Below are positions 39,511 to 51,216 of a stretch of DNA of 64,000 bases, piece by piece. A program made the position numbers and the translations under genes. Within the stretch, counting starts at the first letter, position 1; each line of letters starts with the position of its first letter. The stretch is from Callorhinchus milii (lineage: Eukaryota): NCBI RefSeq assembly GCF_018977255.1, contig NW_024704743.1, positions 6,076,001 through 6,140,000 on the forward strand. The letters run 5' to 3'. Under the pieces are notes generated by a model. It was not told the DNA's origin, searched no databases, and worked only from the letters and a program-made list of their open reading frames with translations.

Positions 39511-39841
39511 AGGCTTTGTTTTTATTCGTAAACCAACAGCTTTTACATCAGTGCATTGCATTGTGTGTGTTTTTTTTTCCCCGCTCTTATTCGTAGATTT
39601 ATTGGATTAAATTGTTCTCTCACCATCACTTGAACTCATCCTGAACGCTAAAAGGTCAATTGTGGGAGGTCTGAACCCGTCTCGTCTGAACCCGAACACT
39701 GGTCACTTTCACGACCAAAACACGGTCCAAAGTTTCACATCGGGACACACAACCGAAGACCATCGGTTATTTGTCTGTCTGTGTGTCTGTCTGTCCTAAT
39801 AAACTGGTCACTCAATCCATCACCGCTGTTCAAATAATCCT

Positions 39842-40162
39842 ATAATAATAATCCTTGCATTTGATACAGCGCTTTTCACGTCGGGAGGACGTCCCAAAGC
39901 GCTTCGCAGAACGCACTGCAAAGTGAATTGACCGTACAGTTGTGGGCGAACGCGGCAGCCAATTGCGCACAGCAATGTCCCAACAAACAGTCGTAGATTG
40001 AAAATGACCCAATTTATTATTGTTTTTGGTTTTAGAGGGATTATTATTAGGCTCTGTGTGGAGTAAGGAAACTTGCCCAAGGTTTAGCCCTCTGCCTGGA
40101 ATTGAACTCTGGTCTCTCACTTGCAAAGCGAGTGCTCTAACCACTGAGCTACAGGACTCCAC
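39842..40162 (-). mobile_element. tRNA-Ala-headed SINE, short subfamily
   Basis: Full head, body and (ATT)n tail. Confidence 0.85.
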
Positions 40163-40165
40163 AAA

Positions 40166-40302
40166 AGACAGACATACAGAAACAGACAGACAAACAGAGA
40201 CAGGCAGACACACACACATAGAGACAGACAGACAGACAGACTGACAATCACACACACAGACAGAAACACACACACACACACACAGATACACAGACACACA
40301 CA
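40166..40302. repeat. Compound (AC)n/(AGAC)n microsatellite
   Basis: Directly visible. Confidence 0.9.
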
Positions 40303-40645
40303 CTGGCCGTTTATCTAAACGAGGAAGCGGTTTGCTGGAGGTTTCCGTTACGTTTATGCAATGGCATCAACGCCAAGGGCTGAAGGAGGTGATGGGGAGC
40401 GTCTTGTACTCAGTCAGATATGAGGTTGCTTCACTACTGGTTCGAGAATACACTGTAAAGTGGATCGACCGTACATTTTATGCTCGAAAGAGTGAGGGAG
40501 TGGGATTGGATGGGCCGCCCTGTCAGACTGCCAGGCCAGGCCCAAGCACGATGGGCTGAATGGCCTCTTCATGTGCTGTAGCTTGTGCACTGCTCTGGCC
40601 ATGGTCCTGGCCCTGGCCACGGCTCTGGCCCTGGCCGGCACAGGC

Positions 40646-40750
40646 TCACAGACTGATGGTCCTGAACACAGTGAAGCCGCTGTGAGAGGTGGTGACCAGG
40701 ACCCCAGGATAGCGCGAGGCCCAATGCCACTCCTTCAGGTCGTTACGCAT
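40646..40750 (-). pseudogene. GRWD1: GRWD1 (Rrb1)-like C-terminal gene fragment, 34 codons + TGA
   Basis: MRNDLKEWHWASRYPGVLVTTSHSGFTVFRTISL* vs recalled human GRWD1 end [31 protein letters not shown]; no upstream WD40 coding sequence seen. Confidence 0.75.
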
Positions 40751-42022
40751 GGTGATGGGTTTCTGCAGGTGTCAGACCCAGCTGACCAAAAAAAGTATTA
40801 CAGAACCAATTAAGATGCAGATTTGTATTGTGATAGGTGATTAAGCTTAGTTTGCCCCTTTTGTACGTGCTATTGGGATCCTATCTTCTGTTGATCTCAA
40901 TTTAACAACGTTATGGTGTGACTGGTGAAAGGTGCCATACAATAATGAGACGGGTTTAATTTTGAAAGATTGCTCTGTGACTTAACTACTTTAAAAAAAA
41001 TCTTTTATGCAATCACAACTACAGCTTGAAAGAGAGCATTAGCATTTAACAAACCAAATCAGGAATTTTCTGCACAGAAGGCGGCCATTTGTATCTCTTG
41101 TCACTTTTTAGAATTTTTTTTTGATTGATCCCACTTTCTTTTCCTCATATTACTTAATGTTTTAAGTGATTTGGGAAAAGAGCATCCTCCAGTGCTTCTC
41201 CGGTTTCCTTGTCCAGTTCACGATTCTATGAACTAACTATATTTAATATCCACTTCTAAAACCTAATAACTTTCTGAGTGCAAAATCCTGAACCACGCCT
41301 TTGTTCTCAGGACACATGGAGAAACTCCTTTCCACTTTTAAAGAGTGTCATGGGATCTTTAATATTCAAATGAACCAGCAGACAGGACCTCAATTTAAGA
41401 GTAGATTTCACCAGTGTGTTAATGTGCACACAAGCTACTCTGAGGCCATCCTGTACAAACAACACTTTGACCCAGTTCCCTGAATAATTGTTGAAAGATT
41501 TGACTATTTAAAAAGACAGTGTAGCAATGGATATACAATAGTCCTCATTCTTAATTTTTTTTAAACTTAAGATTTCAAGCAAGACCTTCCAAACAACAAT
41601 TTGCACAATTCCAGTAAATCTTTTGTTCACCTTGAAAGTTACAATACTATACTTGGGTACACACACCTTTGATCCGTCTGTAGAGTTGTAGAGGAAAGTA
41701 AGCGAACATTAAACAGTTTCATAAAGTAGGTCACACCACAGAGGTTGCACAATGGGTAAAATGAGATCTGTTTCTTTACGAGAGGAAACATTAACTGTTG
41801 CTGCACCACAGATACAATATCTTGTTGGGATATGATCTTGCCGACTCAGGGCTTCAAATGTCCTCCTCTCCGGTTTCCCTAGCTCCACCATCCATAAACT
41901 TCAACTCATCCAAATCTATGCTGCTCGCCTCCTCGCAAACTCCATATGTCCCAGCCAGGCTCCTCTGGCAGATCGATTTCAAGGTCCTCACCTACAAATG
42001 CCTTCCCACTTAGTATCTTTCT

Positions 42023-42330
42023 ATAATAATAATAATCCTTGTATTTGATATAGCGCTTTTCACGTCTTCTAGACGTTTCAAAACACTTCACAGAATATGT
42101 TGTAAAGTGAATTGACCGTATTTTTGTGGGCGAAACACAGCAGCCAATTGCGCACAGCAGTGTCCCACAAACAGTCGTGGATCAAAAATGACCAATTTAT
42201 TATTGTTTTGTTTTGGAGGGATTATGCTTTGGCGTGTGGAGTAAGGAAACTTTCCCTTGGGAAAGCCTGGAATTGTACCCAGGTGACTCATTTGTAAGGT
42301 GAGTGCTCTAACCACTGAGCTACAGTCTCC
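42023..42330 (-). mobile_element. tRNA-headed SINE, short subfamily
   Basis: Same head, body and tail. Confidence 0.8.
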
Positions 42331-42924
42331 TACGCCACTATCACCACCCCCTTCGTTGGTTAACTCATGCTTGCTGCATGTCCCCCGCCCTACCATTGAT
42401 TGCTGAGCTTTCCAACTCTACACCTCTAACCTCTGGAATTCCCTCCCTCAACCACTCGTTCTCAGGCTTTCTCCATCTGTCTTCAGGTCCTGCCATAAAA
42501 CCGCCCCCTAATCCCCATGTGAAATGAATTGCATTAAAGATCGATCTCAGCATCTCACCCACCTTGCGTGATGTCCAATGAAACACTTTGTGGTGTTTTC
42601 ATGTTATAAACACGATATCAAATGCAAGGATCATTTTGCTTGTATGCGCACTGGTTCATTATTTGCATTGAGCCAATCTCAATCAGTGTGGATAATCAGC
42701 TCTTTATTGTATCAATGTGTTCAATAATAAATCAATTGTTTTGTTAGTATTTCACTCGTTCCAATGTTCCAAAATAACACACAATTTTCACCAAATTAAT
42801 CTTTTTTGTGTCAAATCTTGCCTCATTAAATTCAACCCAAAGAATAGACGCTGAAAAATACCTAGGTTTTAATTTTTATCCTTACACACCTTTGACCCGG
42901 TCTCCCCTTCTTCCTTCATCTCCA

Positions 42925-43400
42925 TCATTCAGAACTCTGCAGCCTATGTACTTTCCTGCACCAGGCTCCCTGACCCTATCACTCGTATCCTTGCCTGGTT
43001 CCACTGGCTCCCCATCACTCAAGACAATACAGTTGAAGATCTGGGTACTCACCTTAAAAGTTCTGAATGGCTTTGCTCCTCGCTACCTCTGTGATCTCCT
43101 AACCCCCTACCAATCTGACCACTCCCTCCGCTCAACAGGCTCCGGCTTTCTTCATGTCTCCTGCCTTGCCTGCCCTACTATTGGCTGTTGGGCCTTCAGC
43201 TTCTCTGCCTCCACCCTTTGGAACTCCATCCCACAAGACCCTCCTCTTCGACCTTGCCTTCGTCACCCTCCTACCCTTATCCTCCATGCCCTCCACCTGT
43301 CCTGATCCCAATCACCAGTTTGGTTACAGATCCGACTGTCCAGCGCCTTGGGATGTCCTCCTGACGTGAAAGACGCTCTGCAAATGCAATTTCTTGTTGC
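42925..43400 (+). mobile_element. L2 LINE 3' end
   Basis: APRYLCDLL, AFSFSASTLWNSIP, L2 tail. Confidence 0.75.
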
Positions 43401-43484
43401 GGAAAAATCATCTTTCAATTTATACCAATCCCTTTATCGTTTGATAGTTCACGGATTTACAAGGCTAAGTGGACATAGCTATCA

Positions 43485-43885
43485 GGAGTCCTGCAGCTCA
43501 GTGGTTAAGAGCACTCGCCTGACAAGCGAGAGGACCCGGGTTTGATTCCCGGGCGGGTCGGGTCAGGGCGAAATGTTGGGCAAGTTGCCTTACTCCAGAC
43601 GCCTCTGTTGACCGAGCAGTAAATAGGAACCTGGTTGTTAGTCGATTGGCGGATCGCGTTTCCGGGGGTTACAACCCCTTCAAAATAAATAAATAAATAA
43701 ATAACAAAGCGGTCGCTTGAATCCACGGCCGTTTGCGGGGACGCTGCTGCGCCCAAGTGGCTGCCGCGTGTCGCCCACAAATGCATACCATCGGTTCACG
43801 TTACGCTGTGTTCTGTGAAGCGCTTTGGGACGTCTTGAAGACGCGACGAGGCGCTGCGTCAAATGCAGGGTTTATCATCATCGTT
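43485..43885 (+). mobile_element. tRNA-headed SINE, long subfamily, CpG-enriched copy
   Basis: ggagtcctgcagctcagtggttaagagcactcg head through gcgtcaaatgcagggtttatcatcatc tail. Confidence 0.8.
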
Positions 43886-44263
43886 ATTGTGACTGTCATC
43901 TCCCACACACAGCCATGACGGGGTCAACGCTGTGACTGACGTACGCGGGTGACGTATGGAAGAGGTGGGGGCAGTGACGCGTTGGCCGACGACGTGACCC
44001 GGAAGTAGTTACCCCGGCCCCCGGGGGTGGGGGGCGGCGGCGGCGCGGATGATGATGATGACGTCACAGAGAGGACGCCATTTTGACAGCCGCTCCGCTC
44101 GTGTTTGTTGTTGGGCACCGAGTGATTTGAGTCAAACGGCCCCGGGCGGCGGCGGCGCCTCGCGACACCACCACCACCACCACCGGCAGCACCGGGATCA
44201 GACCCTTCACCACTCCTTACTTCTGTTTTACATCTCCTGCCCGTCACCGCCTCCGCCTCCGAG

Positions 44264-44293
44264 ATGTTTTCCCTGTCGACGTTTCAGCCGCAG
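44264..44293 (+). CDS. YME1L1: YME1L1 exon 1 coding part
   Basis: MFSLSTFQPQ|gtacgt (cf. human MFSLSSTVQPQ). Confidence 0.93.
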
Positions 44294-44297
44294 GTAC

Positions 44298-44405
44298 GTG
44301 TGTGTGTGTGTGTGTGTGAGACAGGCCCCGGGGAGGCGGACATGTTGTGGTCGTGGAGCCTCTCTCTCTCTCTCTTTCTCCCTCTCCCTCTCTCTCTCTC
44401 TCTCC
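44298..44405. repeat. (GT)n and (CT)n microsatellites at the start of YME1L1 intron 1
   Basis: Directly visible. Confidence 0.85.
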
Positions 44406-44702
44406 CTCCCTCCTCGACGCCGTGTCCCGGACCCCGAAATACCGAACCGGGTCGTCGGAAACCTATCTGTGAGCGCAAAAAAAAAGAGAGAGACGACGCC
44501 GAGGAACTTCCAGAAAGTTCTAGACGAGCCGAGCGCCCTTACACTTCCTCCCCCCCCCCCCCCGCGTGAGGTTATGTAATCGGTCCCGGAATCGCGGCCT
44601 CCTCTTACGGTGCCGCCAGGCTCTGTGTTAGCAGCACGTCTGCCTCCCTCGCAGGGCTGGCGGGCGGACCTGTACACCCCCCCCCCCCCCCCCTCCCCGG
44701 AG

Positions 44703-45045
44703 TGGTTTACTGTATATTTTGTGGGTTGTTTGGTGACCAGTGGCACATAGCGACATCCCACAAACAGCCATGGAGCGAGAGACCCAATTTAATTGGGGGG
44801 ATTGTTGGCCTCTGGGAGAAACTCCCTTCCCTTCTTTTAGCGCTGTGGTATCGTTAACATCCACCAGAACGGGGCAGATGCTTTACCGTTTCATCCGAAG
44901 AACGAGGCGTCCGACAATGCAGCACATTCCCAGCACAACATTGGAGTGTCAGCTTGGACTGTGTGACTCCCAAGTCGCGACCTGGGGCTTGAACCCCAAC
45001 CGTCTGACTCGGAGGTGAATACTTTACCACTGAGCCAGACTGACG
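44703..45045 (-). mobile_element. Deu-domain SINE
   Basis: Reverse complement of ggctcagtggtaaagtattcacctccgagtcagacggttggggttcaagcccc head and ttcggatgaaacggtaaa core. Confidence 0.7.
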
Positions 45046-45384
45046 CACAATATTTCTTGGGCACTACATTTAGCCAATTGTTGATGTGTGAGTTTCTCAT
45101 GAGCAGATGTAATAAGAGCATAAGTCATCCGGGATCCGTTACTGTGGAGGGCGCCAAACAAATCCAAGTTGTTGTTGTTGTAATCCGAGAAGGTTTTGCT
45201 ATAAATTGGTTAAATTAGTAGGCCTATTGAAGTGTAATCTTAAGGATTACATAAACTCAGTAGCCATATGTTCTGCAGGTTCAAGATATTGTGAACTTGA
45301 GGCTGTTTCTGAATCCTGAGGGCAATCATTTAACGTGGAGCCAAATTCAGTTCAGAAATGATTTCAATTGGTTTGTGTAAATAC

Positions 45385-45968
45385 AACAACAACAAAGTTA
45401 CATTTCTGTAGCGCCTTTCACGTCAGGAGGACGTCCCAAGGTGCTGGACAGACAAGAGATTCAGACCTGAGCTGGGGGTCGGGGTGGGGGAGGGTGGAGG
45501 ACGGGGGGGGAAGCAGGGAGATCGGAAGCACAGTCGAAGAGGAGGGTCTTGAAGGTAGCGAGGGGGGTGGGGGTGCGAGATGGAAGTGCTGCGGGATGGA
45601 GTTCCAGAGGGTGGGGGCAGGGTGGTGGAAGGCCAGCCTAGCCTGCCAATAGTGGGGCGAGCAAGGTGTGGGACGTGAAGCAGGCTGGAGCTCGCTGAGC
45701 GGAGGGAGCGAATAGAATGGTAGGGTTTAGGAGCTTGGAGAGGTAGAGGGGAGCAAGACCGTGGAGGGCTTTGAAGATGAGGACCAGGATCTTGAACTGT
45801 ATCCTTTGTGTGATGGGAAGCCAGTGGAGTCGGGTGAGGATGGGGCTGATCGGGTTGCGGAGCCTAGTTCGGGAGAGGACACGGGCTGCAGAGTTCTGGA
45901 TCATCTGCAGCCTGTGGAGGGAGGAGTTGGGGAGGGCGACAAGCAGTGAGTTTGCATAGTCGAGTTTA
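45385..45968 (-). mobile_element. L2 LINE 3' end
   Basis: IQNSAARVLSRTRLRNPISPILTRLHWLPITQRIQFKILVLIFKALHGLAPLYLS. Confidence 0.85.
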
Positions 45969-45982
45969 GATTGATTTATGTT

Positions 45983-46085
45983 GTGGAGTCCTGTAGCTCA
46001 GTGTTTAGAGCACTCGCTTTGTAAGTGAGAGACCTGGGTTCAATTCCCGATGTGAAAAGCGCTATATCAAATGCAAGGATTATTA
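45983..46085 (+). mobile_element. Mini-SINE: tRNA head fused directly to tail
   Basis: Head ...ggttcaattccc joined to gatgtgaaaagcgctatatcaaatgcaaggattatt; flanked by TTATGTT. Confidence 0.75.
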
Positions 46086-48822
46086 TTATGTTAAATAATT
46101 TAAATAATATGACCATTCAATTTGACTGAATTGTATGGAACATATTAAAACATAGAATGTTCAGGATTGTAAAAGACTGTGATATTCCACCTGATCGGTC
46201 CAAAAGTTTAAAATCTTATTCTATTTTCTTAATCCCTCAATTGATTTCTTAACTCAACAGCTATCTATCAAACGACTGTTTATGGACACTGCCGTGCGCA
46301 GTTGGCTGCTGTGTTTCATCCAGAAAGTACAGTCAATCCACTTTACAAAAATTCTGTGAAGCTCTTTGAGACGTCTCAATGACATGATAAGGCGCTATAT
46401 CAAATGCAAGGATTCTTATTATCTAAATATATATATATTACACATATATGTATTACATGCAAGTTGTCATTGTTGCTCTACTTCATACATTCAACACTAC
46501 AAAGGCCTGATTCACTCTTCATGGTAAAATATTCAAACAGATTACCTTTTGTGTAGAGAAATACTCCGTGGTGTCTATCCTTGAAAATTCTCTGGGACAC
46601 CTGGAGAAACTCCCTTCTCTTTTCAAATGTATCATGGAATCTTTAACGTCCACTTCAGCAGACAGATGGGACTTTGCTTTAACATTACACAAAAAAAGCA
46701 CCTCCAACAATGCAGGTGTTGGAGGTAACCCTGGCACTATAATTGGAGTGTCAACCTGAACTATGATTCCAAAGTTCTGGCTTTGGGCATGAATTTACAA
46801 TTTTACTGAAATTTGAGTCACGGTGCAGAGCTTTTTTTAAAAAAAAGCCCTCCTGGTCTTTATTTAATACTAAATACCAAGGATTATTGGGAGAATAGTA
46901 GGTGGAACAATTCTAAGAACTTCCAAATCAAATTGAGAACCTCCAAATTGATTAACTGTGAGATCAAAGTGAAAACATCTATTGAACCCTCAAATGGTTT
47001 ATCACTGCAACATCAGTGCAATCTCAATTCCGCTGACAAATTATGTATGTTATAATGCAGACAAATGAAAAATCTCTTCATGTTGACCGTATGTTTGATC
47101 TTGCCTGAAAGATTTTTTGGCAGTGGGTTTCCCTGGATATAAGCCAATTTAAATTTCTTGGTCAAAGATTAAATTTCATGTAATTATTACAAGTTTGCTG
47201 GAATTTTATCTGAAATAGGTTACTAGGAATTGATATTTACTCTGTATTATCAAAAAAAANGTCCTAATCTCTCACAGACAGAAAAGTTGGCAATATGACA
47301 GTATTTTTAAAAGTGCTATGTGAAAATAAATGTGACATATCAAGGCTGTATGACTGTACAATGTGTTAGTTGGTTATTTTGAGTGCCTTCCTGCCTCTCC
47401 GACCAGCGCCTTTGACGTCCTCCCAGTGTGAAAGGTGCTATTACAAATTTATTGTTGTTGCTTACTTCACAATCTACCACTTGACGCCTCCACTTGGCTG
47501 GCTCCGGCCTCCTGCTTGTCCCTTGTCCTCTTTGCTCCACCATCGACGGTTGTGCTTTCAGTCACTATTCCCCAAAACTTTGGAACTCTTCCCCACAATC
47601 CCACTACTTTGCCCTCTCCTCCTTTATCAAGTCACGCAGTGCTTAAGGTGAGCCCCCCCCCCCCCCCAGGTTTGGCACTGTTAAGCGCTCCAAGATTCTA
47701 CCGGCGTGAAGGGCACTATATAAATGCAGGTTGTTGTTTTGTCTCGAGCTAGCAAGCAAAAGCTCAGATGAATTTGCAGTGTTGTGGAATGTACAAACTT
47801 TTGGGATTGTCTTGCATTCTTGTTTCTGCTTGAGTTGCCTTTGCTGCACATCATTCCTGTCTGTTGAAAAATATGATAATTGGTGTGCTTTTGTCTTGAG
47901 CTAGTAACAAATCTCAGATGAATTTGCAGGGTTGAGGAATGTACATGTGTTTGGGATTCTTTTGATTCTAAATTTCCTTGTGTTGCCCATCATTCCCTAT
48001 TTAGTGCAGAGATATGGCCTGACCTATGCCAGTATTACTTTATTAACATGTACAAGGTGCACTGTTGTGGCTTACTGTGGCACCATCCTGGTTACCACTC
48101 AAACAGTATAAAAGCAATAAAGTATAGTTTAGATTCACTAGAAAGTTACCCGTGATGAAAATGTTCAGTTATGAAAAGAAAAAACTTTTTCATTAGGACT
48201 GAAAAAAATCAAAGTTTTAAAGATTACAAAAGGATGATGGGGTAAATTATTTCCACTGGTTAATGAGTCAATAATAAGACGCGCATTTAAAATCATCATA
48301 AAAATGATTAGAGTAAGGTTAAATATTTCTTCACACTAACGGTATTAAACGTGCCACAAACCATATTTGAAACAGAATTTACATATTATTTGGAAAGTAA
48401 ATTATGTTTGAAGAGGAATATTAAAGAGAATTAGAGTGAGTGGGGTTAGATTAGTTTATGAAGAGAAAAGCACCAGGGCTGAATGACATGTTTTTTGTGT
48501 ATCATTCTTTGATTCTATAAACACCTCCTCCAGCTAACAAAGTAAAAATCAGAAATTCGGTGTATGGAAATGCCATTTCACTCCACAATGTGTGTGAGTG
48601 ACTCAGTATGTTGCATTTTGGAGAATGGGACATAAAGTACTTGCAACATTGGTAATGTTTTTTCTCTCACTTTAATAAGTTAACCAAAATGTTTACTTTC
48701 TATCCCACAGAAGGAGCATGTTTAGTTATTGTGCAATGATTATTTTGTTTAGTTATGAAAGAATATGTAATTTATGGAAGACCGAATCTAACTACAATAT
48801 GTATTGCATGAATATTTTATAG

Positions 48823-48954
48823 GTAACTGTCCCCCTCAGCCAGCTGATCAGCACCCTCCATTCCTTTACAAGTTCAGCAACCTCAGTCAGTTCGGCATCT
48901 ATACAGTGTCTACAACGCGAAGTGTTTCAGGAGCGTGATGCACAAAGTAATGAG
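48823..48954 (+). CDS. YME1L1: YME1L1 exon 2
   Basis: VTVPLSQLISTLHS...DAQSNE; ttatag| and |gtaaca. Confidence 0.92.
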
Positions 48955-49591
48955 GTAACATTAATTCCAGAAATTGAATTAAAATCTAAAAAGCTAGAGA
49001 AGATGGTTATTCCATGTGTTAGTTTCTCCTCCCTTGAAAAGTCCTTTTTAAAATAATCCCTTTAAAAGCTCTCAAGCAATCTATTAGATGTAAAAGAGCT
49101 TCCATTTCTTCAAATGGAAAATTCAAATGGGGCAATTAATAACTGGAACTTCAACATGGAAACACAAACTAGTTAACTGTGTGAAAACCTCAAATTTGAG
49201 ACCAACACCTTCCAACCAAGTATAATTTCATTTTTCGGTCCCTATTTGGCTACTTTTGAAGGTCAAATTGCTTTCTAGCACAATTGTTAGCTATCTGCAT
49301 TTGTGACAAATTGGTTATAACTGAATGTTTTAAATTGGAGGGTAGATATTTAAATGTTGTGAAGGATGATGTCCTTCAATTCTGTGCCTTTATTTGGTAG
49401 TTTTTTTTTAACGAGCCTTGGAAAACTGGCTGAATTTAAGAATGTTTAAAAGTTCTATGTATGTATGAACACAATGTTAATTTTAAGGCTATGAAATAAG
49501 GAATATGGGCCTCAGGCCTTTACACTGGCATCAGGCTACACAAAAATTGAATGTGTCTTTTCAATGTGATGTTTAAATGTTTTGCCTTCAG

Positions 49592-49763
49592 CCTATGTTA
49601 AACCTGAGGGAATTGGGACTGTCCGATTTAAGATCCAGCCAAGTTGATGAATTGGTCAACAGATTGCTTCCCTGTTTAACTTCAGTTGAAGAAACCACTG
49701 CTCAGTCATCACAGTGGCAAATATCCCATGTTTCAGCACAGTCCTTCTTCGAAAATAAACATG
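49592..49763 (+). CDS. YME1L1: YME1L1 exon 3
   Basis: PMLNLRELGLSDL...SHVSAQSFFENKHG. Confidence 0.94.
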
Positions 49764-50086
49764 GTATGAATTTTTTTTGTTTTCTCAGTAAGATAATAGA
49801 TACTTTCTAGCAAAGGGAACGTTTACTTTTGGTACCCGCTCTCTGCAATAACTACCTCAATCCTTATCCCACCCCTTAATGTACCAATGTTAATTTCTCT
49901 TGTTTCCAACAGCAGCTAATCTCAAGGAATTCTTTTGTTGCACTCTTAAAAACTGGATTTTTAGTTTCCCAAATATTTCACTTTGAATCTTTAAAGTCAC
50001 ATGGGTGGCGGAATTTTACCTATTCAGTTTGGATTGTATTTGAACTAAAATACCAAAGGTAAAAATGAGTGTTAAACCACCAGCTC

Positions 50087-50311
50087 CAGTGAATTGACTG
50101 TATATTTGTGGGTGACCGCTGCAGCCAATTGCGCACAGCAATGTCCCAACAAACAGTCGTAGATTGAAATGACCAATTTAATTATTGTTTTTGGAGGGAT
50201 TATTATTAGGCGTGTGGAGTAAGGAAACTTGCCCAAGGTTTCGCCCTGTCTGGAATTGAACTCGGGTCTCTCACTTGCAAAGCGAGTGCTCTAACCACTC
50301 AGCTACAGGAG
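50087..50311 (-). mobile_element. tRNA-Ala-headed SINE, short subfamily, tail missing
   Basis: Head and body match the 60312 copy. Confidence 0.8.
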
Positions 50312-50828
50312 CTACCTCCTTTAGGATCTCTGGGCAAGAGAATTGGGGTTTTGCATACTGTACTGATTACAAATCTAGTTTAACTATGTGGTCAGATAAC
50401 CTGCTGACACTTCAGAGGCTCACATATGAAGAATGTATGTATTCTGTCGCGATACCTCATGATATGTGCTGTCAGCAGGTGGAGGGGGAACAGAAAAGTA
50501 ATCCCCAAATCTTTTTTTAATTGGCTCCAAATCAGCTTGCAACCAATAAAACCCTGGATTATGTAGTAAATAAATAATTTTCAATCTCCAACATGATTTT
50601 TACATCTAAAAGTAAATTTGGGGATTCAGACCTTTTATGAACAAAATCTTAACAATGGCTGTGGGATTCAGTACCCAAATAGGCTATCGAAATTGGCCTG
50701 TAGCACTCAACAACAACTTGCATTTACATAGTGCCCCACATTGAGGGTGGTGTCTCAGAGCTAAGGAGCTTCACCATACATTTTCATTGAGTAACACATT
50801 TTATTTTTCTCATTTTTTTGTCTTCCAG

Positions 50829-50930
50829 GATTTTCAAGCAACATGTTCAGCACCCTGCGTGCTTCCCAGCTTTATGGACAGCATTCCAGACCACTGCACA
50901 CTTTGTGCTCAAACCTCCGTCTGTTGCCAA
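50829..50930 (+). CDS. YME1L1: YME1L1 exon 4
   Basis: FSSNMFSTLRASQLYGQHSRPLHTLCSNLRLLP; ccag| and |gtacgt, phase 1->1. Confidence 0.9.
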
Positions 50931-51017
50931 GTACGTAGACTAAATGTTAGGTTTTCTACAAAATATTTACGTTAATCAGCTATGTGTTGAGAAACTAAAA
51001 CATGATAATGTTTTAAG

Positions 51018-51124
51018 ACTTGGAACAGAGACGTGGATTTAAGACTCTGAAGTCAAGAACAAGGCGCCTGTCGGGATCTGATAGGGTGGCTGAATCCGAA
51101 AGCGTTACCCCTTCATTTATGAAG
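51018..51124 (+). CDS. YME1L1: YME1L1 exon 5
   Basis: LEQRRGFKTLKSRTRRL...PSFMK|gtaagg. Confidence 0.93.
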
Positions 51125-51216
51125 GTAAGGAGAGGTGTTGTGTTATAATCTTCTATTCAGCTGTTTTTTTTCTTCATGGTTATCTAGAATAAACTTTCTT
51201 TGCATTTCCCTTTTAG

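Larger units (their letters stand above)
43880..44750 (+). promoter_or_regulatory. YME1L1 CpG island / promoter
   Basis: CpG-rich; TGACG half sites 43916, 43937, 43950, 43975; CCGGAAGT 43999; TGACGTCA 44059; CGCCATTTT 44076; TGAGTCA 44128. Confidence 0.8.

Noticed and set aside
38699-39596. Several 90-220 aa ORFs, including an upstream in-frame extension of MASTL
   Set aside because: CpG-island low-complexity artefacts; homology and Kozak context favour the ATG at 38955.
40571-40813. 80-aa + strand ORF with a signal-peptide-like LALATALALAG stretch
   Set aside because: The start lies in a CR1 tail and the hydrophobic run comes from (CTGGCC)-like repeats; the opposite strand carries the recognisable GRWD1-like frame.
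44049-44761. Overlapping ORFs with poly-H, RE and CV repeats
   Set aside because: Translations of microsatellites in the YME1L1 island.
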